From Amphiscolops sp. MND2022 (taxonomy: Eukaryota): a stretch of DNA of 64,000 nt. The notes under the pieces are model-generated. The model made no database searches. It was not told where the DNA came from and saw only the letters and a list, made by a program, of their open reading frames with translations. The number at the start of each line of letters is the position of its first letter. Position 1 is the stretch's first letter. The translations under genes were made by a program, and so were the position numbers. The stretch is taken from the NCBI GenBank assembly GCA_964187785.1, contig OZ076409.1, forward strand, positions 38,008,001-38,072,000, in the 5' to 3' direction. Of the stretch, positions 55,051 through 64,000 are shown one piece after another.

Positions 55051-58000
55051 CAGCGGAGGTAATTAGAGCACTACTAGAGGGCGGCCTAAAGCAAAGGATG
55101 AGACGTTTGTTTATAAAGATTGCAAATCTTTCTTGTACATTCCGCTACCTGTTTTGGTTCAATTTTTCATGGAATCAACTATAAAATTCATCACCAGCAT
55201 GCCACAGAATTGACAACAATGAAGGCAGTTGAAACAAAGACAAGGTATTTTGAGCTTTTCCTTGAAGCAGACTCCGTTGATCATGCAAGATGATGCAAAC
55301 CTCGAAACACCATTGCTATAACATCAGTGACAATGAAACTTTTCTACAAATGAAATTGTCACTAATGCAGAGCGATTTCTTCAAATCCTTGGTAATGTTA
55401 GGATACAAAGTAATGGCCATTGAGGTGGTTAGTATTGGATCAAAACACCGCATTCCACCCCCATTCGAATGCGATGACATAGGAGAAGAGGTGAAACTTT
55501 GACTCACCCTTCAGAAATTAAACAACAAACGAGAAGAATTTTTAAAAAAGATTTCATTTACAAGATTCATTTATTAGTTATAAGCTCGTTCCAAAAATGC
55601 ATGGTTCAATGTGAATCGTATAATAAGCAAACGTAATCAATGTGAGTAGGTTGTCAAGTCAATAGAGTGTGCAAAGTGAAAGTAGTGAGAATGGAATTTT
55701 ATTTAGTTACTATAAAGTTGCTTCAGTCTTTGCTAATTCAACATTTAAGGAACATTGCTTGTAAAACAAATGACTCTTTTCAGCAGTAACAGAGGAGTTT
55801 GGAACAACGGGAAGATCAAAGACTTTGAAACAGATCCACAGTTGTATAACCCTACTAATTCAACTGCTGATTAATGTTTACATTATCAAGTTTTAGAGGG
55901 AAACTGCTAAAATTCTGATGATAATATTTTAGTACTATGGTAAGTTTTGTGTTACACAATGCTTTATTCACCACAGTTTGCATATTCAACCCTCTGGAGA
56001 CCCCATATTCGCAACACTGATGCTATATTATTAGTCATTGACGGGAAGTACGTAAGTTTTTATTTTATTCTGTTTTTATTGTGAAAATGTGTCATCGAAA
56101 TTTTTACTTGAAAGTTGAATTTTTCTTTGCGAAACGTGTTTTTGTGGCTCACATGTCACTGAAGCCTTTGATACCAGTAATACATCTGTTTTTCAGTATT
56201 TTGGAGGCCACAGGTTACGTCAGACACAATAATGTTGTTCAAAACACCGGAAATCAATTTTTGACCTGACAAAAATTGGGTTTTTGTGGAAAAAATTTTT
56301 CTTGTTAAGAACGAATGGGATGAAAAATCTGTCCAGACCGAGCATGGTTGTATTATAAAAACTATTTATAACACTAAACAAGTTGTTTGGTGTCTGTGAG
56401 GTCGTTGTTGAGCGTTAATACCATAACCGACAAGGACCGATGAAAAAAAGCATAATGGAACGTGACAATTAACAGAAATTTTTGGGAAATATCTCCTCTC
56501 ATCACTACTTTTGACATGTCGAAATTCCTTCCATTGATTTGTGAAGTCTGGTATCTACCTTGGTTGATCCTCCGGTTTAGTGTTAGACCAAAAACAGCCC
56601 TAGTAAGGCAGCCGATACCAAAAAAAGTGGTAACACATCCGGAAAAAAGCTGAAGTTGTAAACATGCGTCTACTCAGTTTGATATTTTTAGGCACCTCAG
56701 ATTCTGAAAAACTACCTTGAAAGTTCTGTAAACATCATTTTCATAAATTAGAGTGCTCGTGGGTTGTATTAGAAGCCAATAGTTGGTGATAAAGCTGCAT
56801 TTTGTCAATTCGACTCCGCCAAAAATGTGATATTGTATGAATTTTCGACAAATTATCCTATCGATTAGTAAATATTGTTGCCCATGACTACTCGAATGAT
56901 AGTGTCAGTGTCATGTCAATGCCCAGTTGCGTTCTTTCTATGCCACTGGACGAAGAAAACAGGTTAGTTGATGTTTGTGGGCAAAAATTGGCGGTCCTAT
57001 ACTTCAAAAACTGAATTGGAAACAAACTTTTGGTTGGATTTTTGTTTGTCAACGGGGCTTTTGGCAATAAAAATCACAATATAACCTCTCTGGAAGGTCA
57101 ATATGTGTTTCACGTCAGCTGTACACTTGGTTGTGAACAAAAAAGAGTCTTGATTCACTGAAAAAGCACTTTAGCTATTTTCCAATCAACCAAAGTATCG
57201 ATATGTACAGTATCATTATCTCTTGTGTAACGTCTAATGGCAGTTGATTTTTTAAAAATGACTCCAAAATCACAGTGGCCACTTTGCTTATGCTATCCAC
57301 GTGCCATGTTATGCAAAACAACATTTTATGTGGCTATTGTAATTTAAAAATTGATTTTGGGCACTGAAAAACATGTTTTTTGGGTGAAAAATTGTTTTTC
57401 GAAACCCAAAATCTCACTTTGTGAGCACGAAAAATCCAAATTTTTACAGAAGCATGCTACAGTTAAACTGATGGGTTTTTGGGCGTCACCATAGCTCAAG
57501 AAAAATTTTCTACCTTATGGACGGAGACCGTACAGACCGTTGTTCGCGAGCAAATGACCTTTTTGTAAGTCCGAGTCGCCTGAAAAAATGCTATGTAAAG
57601 CATGTAAGCACATTTATTACTCCCTGTAGCATTTGGTGAAAACTTTTTATCACCATTCGGTGGACCAGTGGCCCACGTTCACTTTCCAAAAGATGACCCA
57701 TGTTGCTATCTGTACTGTGTCAGGAGATATACATACCCGAAATGTAGTTACGATGTGACAACATGACTCTCTATAACTCTCGGACTCACCTAAAAATTCT
57801 AAATTTTTTCAGAAGCACTCTACAAGTGTACTAATAAGTTTTTGAGCGTCACCATAGCACACTGACACTTTTTGAACTTATGGTCGAAGACCGTACGGAC
57901 CGTTGTTTGAGCAGAAATGGGCTTTTTGTAGGTCCGAGTCGTGCAAAAAAATGCTAAATACCTCATCTTGGCCTTTTATTCACGCCATGTAGCACTTATT

Positions 58001-59430
58001 GAAAACTTTTTATTACCATTCGGTAGACCAGTGGCCCACGTTCATTTTTGAAAAGATGACCCATAATGCTATCTGTACTCTGGCAGGAGATATGCATATC
58101 CGAAATGTTATTACGAAGTGACACCATAACTCTCTATCCCATGTAAAAATTCGAAATTCGTTCAGGAGCTACCTACACTTGTTCTGATGTGTTTTTGGGC
58201 GCTACCATGTTACACTGACAAATTTTGATCTTATGGTACGAGACCGTTCGGACCGTTCCTGAAGAGAAAATCACCATTTTGTGACTCCGAGTCGACATGA
58301 AAAATTGAAAAAAACACTTCTGAGAGTTTTTTTCTTTGACAATGGCAACTAGGCTGTGTTTTTTACACTCAATCGTTAGACCAGTGGCCAATGTTCATTT
58401 TCATAAAGATGACCCACAGTGCTAACTGTACTCGGTTATGAGTAACATGATTATGAAATGTTCATACGACGTATTACATCAACTCGGACCGTGACTCAAA
58501 AAAATTAAATTTTTTCAGAGGCCCCCCAGAGGTTAACCAATGTCATTTTCGGTAACGCCAAAGCTCACTGACATTGTTTGACCTGGTTGTCGGACACCGT
58601 GCGGACCGTTGCTGGCGAGGAATTCACATGTTTGTAAAAATGAGCTGATTTGCAAAAACTCATTCCTCACTATAAGGCATTTTTTGGCACAATCATTGCC
58701 CCAGGCCTACTTTGCGATAGTACCGTGGGTAGACCCCAGCCCCCTGATACTTTTCATAAATATGACTTCCCCTGCTACTGGTGCTGCGTGGTGAGTAATT
58801 GAATGAAAAGTACTGTATAAAAAATTTCATCATTGCTCATCATGCCATACACCCCAAAAAATCGACTTTTTTATTACGACCACTACAGGTGTCTAAATTA
58901 TATTTTTGAAACCCTCAATGAATGCTAAAAATTTTTGACTTTATGGTCCGAGACCGTTCGGACCGTTTAACGTGCTTAAAATGACCTATAAGTACAGGTG
59001 ATACTGGTGATACTTTACATTTTGGCATTTTTTGGCACTTTTAGTGCCACCAGCGGCACTTTTTTGGCACTATCATTTGACGCGCCACATTTCACAATTT
59101 TTTGTTAGTATGCCCATTTGGGCTACCGTGCACCGTGTAAAAGTTATTAAAGAAAAACGTTATATCCGAACAAAAATTCGTTATATCCGAACTTTTGTCA
59201 AAAACACCATGAAGGACAAGTTTCTGGGAAAAACGTCAGCAGAAAAAAGTTCTTAGAATTGGGAGAAATGGCCGTATGCAAATTTTCAAGGAATTCTCAC
59301 GGCTCATTTCGAAAATAACCTTCCCACGCGTAGGTGTCGGGTAGTATATAGAGATCCTTATATAACGCGCTCGGTCCCGGGTCCCTCCCCGGCCTCGCAC
59401 ATTATTGCAGTGGGACAACACGTGACCACC
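55051..59430. mobile_element. U18: family B unit with ~0.5 kb internal deletion, 4,380 bp
   Basis: Colinear with U5 except that the segment equivalent to about 13175-13706, including the long hairpin, is missing near 55550-55561. Confidence 0.8.
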
Positions 59431-62400
59431 CAGTGGAGGTAATTAGAGCACGACTAGAGGGGCGGGGGAAGCCTAAGCAAATGGAAGAAGGACGTTTGAT
59501 ACTAAAGATTGAAATACTTTGTTGTACTTCCTGCTACCTGTTTTAGTATGCCATGGGAACAAAGATAAACTTCATCATCACTATGATACAGAATTGACAA
59601 TGGTGAAGGCCGTTAAAACAAAAATAGGGTATCCCGAGAAGTCCCTTACAACCAGGCACCGTTCATCCTGAGAGATGCTGCGAACCTCGATCCACCTCTG
59701 ACAATGACATAAGTGACAATGAAAATTTTCTACAAATGAATTTGTCGCAATTACTGAAGGATTTGCTGAAATCCTTAGTAATATTAGAATAGAATGTGGT
59801 GGTGGTGGTGGTGGTGGTGGTGGTGGTGAATGAGGTTACTATTGTTTTAAAAGACTCTACTCAAATCCGGATCATATGCGAGAAGACGTGAGATGTTGAC
59901 TCACCATTTGAGTTTACATTGCAATCGGGAAAAAATGAAAAATTTTTACATTGTAACAATTTTTGAAAACGGTTTGTGTTATGCGGAGCTACTTTTTGAT
60001 GGAACTATTATTAAACGTGAAAACTTTTTACCACGATACTTCGCTGACTTTAAATGAATTTTAATGAACACTCCATTCGAGTTTTATAGCGCTTTCAACC
60101 CACGAAAGAAAGCTTTCAATACAAGATGTAACAAATTGACAAATCGAGGAGATACGGGCTTCCCTGAAGCTGATGAAGAAGACAAATGTTAAATTGAGTG
60201 GACATTCTACATACAATTCACAAATTTTGCCCAAATTGTTTCAGGTATTTTTCGAAAGACACAAAGAAAAAATGTGGTCTCTGAATTCTAAGGTGATGAA
60301 CATATACGAAAAGAACATGTCAGCTAATTACATGTTATCAACTCCAGAAATCATGGATGGTTGGACAATATTGTCTACAGCTAAATTAGAAGACAAGGGT
60401 GTCTTGTTTTTTGTTTTTTGTAGTGATAGCCTTGCCAAGTTGACACAAGGCCAACTTGGAAGGCTATCACAAGTTTCAGGTAAAAGCTGTTTCCTGAATT
60501 GGTTTAATGTGAATCGTATAATAAGCAAACGCGATAAATGTGAGTAGGTTGTCAAATCTATAGAGTCCGTAAAGTGCAAGTAGTGAGAGACGTATTGGGA
60601 ATTTGGTTAGCTACTATAAAATTGATTCAGTCTTTGCTAATTTATCTTTTAATGAACATTGCTTGTTAAACATATAACTCTTTTCAGCCGTAACAAAGAA
60701 GTTTGGAACAACGGGAAGATAAGAGACTTTGAAACATGTCCACAGTTGTATAACCCTAGTGAATGAACTGCTGATTGATGTTTACAGTATCAACGTTTTA
60801 ATAAAAAGTGCAAAAAATCTAGTGAAAAATTTTCAGTACTCTAGAAAGTTTGGTGTTACACAATGCTTTATGCACCGCAGTTTTCACATAGACCACTCTA
60901 TAGACCTCATCTTCACAACACTGATACTATGTTATTAGTAAGTGGCGGAAAATAGGTTAGTTTTTATGTATTCTGTTTTTATTGTTAAAATGTGTCTTCG
61001 AAATTTTCACCGGAAAGTTGAATTTTTCTTTGCAAAACGTGTTATCGTAGCTCACAAGCCACTGAAGCATTTGACACCAGTCATATACCTATTTTTGATT
61101 ATTTTGGAGGCCACAGGTTACGGCAGACACAATAATGTTGTTCAAAACACGAAAATTCAATTTTCGACCTGACAAAAATTGGGTTTTTGGGGTAAAAAAA
61201 ATTTCATTTTGAGAACGAATGGGATAAAAAATGTGTCAAGACCAAGCGTGGTAGTGTTTTTTATACTTTTTATAAGTGTAAACAAGTCGTCTGCTGCCGG
61301 TGAGCTTGTGTTGAGCGTTAATACCATAACCAACAAACACCGATTAAAAAAGGTCCCATGGAATGTTGCAAATAACCGGAACTTTCGGGCATAATCTCCT
61401 CTAGTGACTACTATTGACATGTCGAAATTCCTTGCATTGTTGTTACAAGTCTGGTATGCACTTTAGTTGATCCTCGGGTATAGTGTTAGACAAAAAACAG
61501 TCTTAGTGTGACCGCCGATACCAAGAAACTGGTGATACATCCGGAAAAATGCTGAAGTTGAAGTCATGCGTCTGTACAGTATGATATTTTTAGGTATCCC
61601 AGACTCTGAAAAATGACCTTGAAACTTCTATAAACATCGTTTTCCTAAATTACAGTGCCTGTTGGTTGCTCTAGAATTCAATAGTTGCTGATAAAGCTCC
61701 ATTTTGTCAATTCGACTCCACCAAAAATATGATGTTGTATCAATTTTTGACGAATTTCATTGTTGAAAAGGAAATATTGTTGCCCATGACTACTCGACTT
61801 ATAGTGTATGTGCCTTGTCAAAGCCCAGTTGTGTTTTTAACATGCCAATGGACTAACAGAGGTGGATAGTTGATGTTTGTGGGCAAAAATTGGTAGTCCT
61901 ATACGTCAAAAAATACTTTGGAAACAAATTTTATCTTGAAATTTTGTTCCTCAACGGGGCTTTTGCCACTCAAAATTGCAATATAACCAATCTGGAAGGT
62001 CAAATTGTGTTCCACGTCAGCTGTACACTTGGTTGTGACCAAAACAGTGTCTTGATTGAGTAAAAAAGCACATTAGCTAATTTTCATTCAACCCATATAT
62101 CGATATGTGAGGTATCATTTTCTGATGTGTAACGTCTAACGGCAACTGATTTTTTAAAAATGAATCCAAAATCACTGTGGGCACTTTCCTCATGCTACTC
62201 ACGTGCCATATTATGCAAAACAACATTTTATGTGACTATTGTGATTTAAAAATTGAATTTGGGCACTGAAAAACATGTTTTTTGGGTGAAAAATTGTTTT
62301 TCAAAACCCAAAATCTCACGTTGTGAGCACGAAAATTCCAAATTTTTACAGAAGCATGCTAAAGCTAAACTGATGGGTTTTTAGGCGTCACCATAGCTCA

Positions 62401-64000
62401 CAAAAATTTTTTGACCTTATGGACGGAGACCGTACAGACCGTTGTTCGCGAGCAAATGACCTTTTTGTAAGTCCGAGTCGCCTAAAAAAATGCTATGTAA
62501 CCCATGTAAGCACTTTTATCACTCCCTGTAGCAACTGGTGAAAACTTTTTATCACCATTCGGTAGGCCAGTGGCCCACGTTTACTTTCCAAAAGATGACC
62601 CATGTTGCTATCTGTACTCTGTCAGGAGATATACATACCCGAAATGTAGTTACGATGTGACAACATAACTCTCTATAACTCTCGGACTCAACTAAAAAAT
62701 CGAAATTTTTTCAGACGCACTCTACAAGTCTACTGTTAGGTTTTTGGGCGTCACCATAGCACACTGACACTTTTTGACCGTATGGTCGAAGACCGTACGG
62801 ACCGTTGGTGGAGCAGAAATGGTCTTTTTGTGGGTCCGAGTCGTGCAAAAAAATGCTAAATAACCTATCTTGGCATATTATTCACGCCATGCGGCACTTA
62901 TTGAAAACTTTTTGTAACCATTCGATAGACCAGTGGCCCACGTTCATTTTCGAAAAGATGACCCATTATGCTATCTATACTCTGGCAGGAGATATGCATA
63001 CCCGAAATGTTGTTACGATGTGACACCATAACTCTCGGACCCACGTAAAAATTCGAAATTTGTTCAGAAGCTTCCTACAAGTGTTCTGATAGGTTTTTGA
63101 GTGCCACCATGTTACACTGACATTTTTTGACCTTATGGTCCGAGACCGTGCAGACCGTTCCTGTGGAGCAAATCACCATTTTGTAACTCCGAGTCAACTT
63201 AAAAAATTCAAAATACCACTTCTGAGAATTTTTTTCTTTCGCAACGGCAACTAGGCTATGTTTTTTGCACTCAATCGTTAGACCGCTGCCCAATGTTCAT
63301 TTTGATAAAGATGACCCACGGTGCTATCTGCGCTCGGTCATGAGAAACATCATCATGAAAAGTTCATACAACGTATGAGATTAACTCGGACCGTCACTCA
63401 AAAAAATTAATTTTTTTCAGAGGTCCCCCAGAGGTTCACCAATGTCATTTTCGGTGTCGCCATAGCTCACTGACATTTTTTGATCCTTATGTCGGAGACC
63501 GTGCGGACCGTTGTTGGCGAGGAATTCACATGTTTGCAAAAATGAGCTGATTTTCAAAAACTCATTCCTCACTATAAGGCATTTTTTGGCACCACCATTG
63601 CCCCAGGCCTACTTTTCGATAGTACCGTGGGTAGACCCCAGCCCGCTGATCTTTTTCATATATATGACCTCCGCTGCTACTGGTGCTGCGTGGTGAGTAA
63701 TTGAACGAATAGTACATAATAAAAAATTTCATCCTAGCTCATCATGCCATACACCCCAAAAAATCGACTTTTTTATTATGTTCCCCCCAGGTGTAAAAAT
63801 TATATTTTTGAATCCCTCATATAAAGCTGACAACTTTTGACTCTATGGTCCGAGACCGTTCGGACCGTTTAACGTGCTCAAATCGACTTATAAGTAAAGG
63901 TGATACTGGTGATACTTCACATTTTGGCATTTTTTGGCACTTTGAGTGCCCCGATTGGCACTTTTTTGGCACCATCATTTGACGCGCCACAATTAACAAC
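59431..64000. mobile_element. U19: family B unit, truncated by window end
   Basis: Starts CAGTGGAGGTAATTAGAGCAC; colinear with U15 up to the equivalent of about 51655, predicting an end about 330 bp beyond the window. Confidence 0.8.
59796..59828. repeat. (GTG)11 microsatellite
   Basis: Direct reading; absent at the homologous site in U5, U15 and U18. Confidence 0.95.

Larger units (their letters stand above)
1..64000. repeat. Uninterrupted head-to-tail array of 19 heterogeneous, related non-coding units (cassette-like array)
   Basis: 18 junctions with core CCACC(C/T)AG; the CCACC starts at 1804, 6703, 11597, 12668, 17574, 22472, 23520, 28413, 33309, 38203, 40181, 44941, 46011, 47091, 51988, 53057, 55046 and 59426. 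No spacer DNA is seen between units. Confidence 0.95.

Noticed and set aside
282..63999. The many 60-158 aa ORFs in the supplied track, several recurring between units
   Set aside because: They recur because the DNA is repeated. Homologous units differ by non-triplet indels and stops, most ORFs start at non-ATG codons, and I recognise no domain (transposase, Rep, recombinase, reverse transcriptase, capsid).
1..64000. CRISPR array or bacterial integron
   Set aside because: Units are 1-5 kb and mutually homologous, with no cas or intI gene, no cassette ORFs and no RYYYAAC/GTTRRRY attC boxes; the integron comparison is an analogy only.

Overview
The whole 64 kb is one AT-rich, apparently non-coding array of repeat units with no spacer DNA; it looks eukaryotic, but the host cannot be determined from sequence alone. 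It contains 17 complete and 2 partial units of at least five related families, all in the same orientation. All 18 junctions read CCACC followed by CAG or TAG, with GC-rich hairpins on both sides whose stems are kept while their sequences change. Unit lengths fall into tight classes: 4,893-4,906 bp (8 units), 1,048-1,080 bp (5) and 1,978-1,989 bp (2), plus one unit of 4,760 bp and one deletion variant of 4,380 bp. The family order is irregular, with no nesting, no target-site duplication and no terminal inverted repeats. I recognise no protein gene, RNA gene or CRISPR array; the short ORFs look like by-products of the repeats. My best inference is an accreting, cassette-like array of non-autonomous mobile elements that insert precisely at each other's end junction. 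They may be moved through a single-stranded or circular intermediate by an enzyme (HUH/rolling-circle type or site-specific recombinase) encoded outside this window. Units are named U1-U19. Boundaries are placed by convention after CCACC, and the true cut could be anywhere within that pentamer. All alignments and folds were done by eye.
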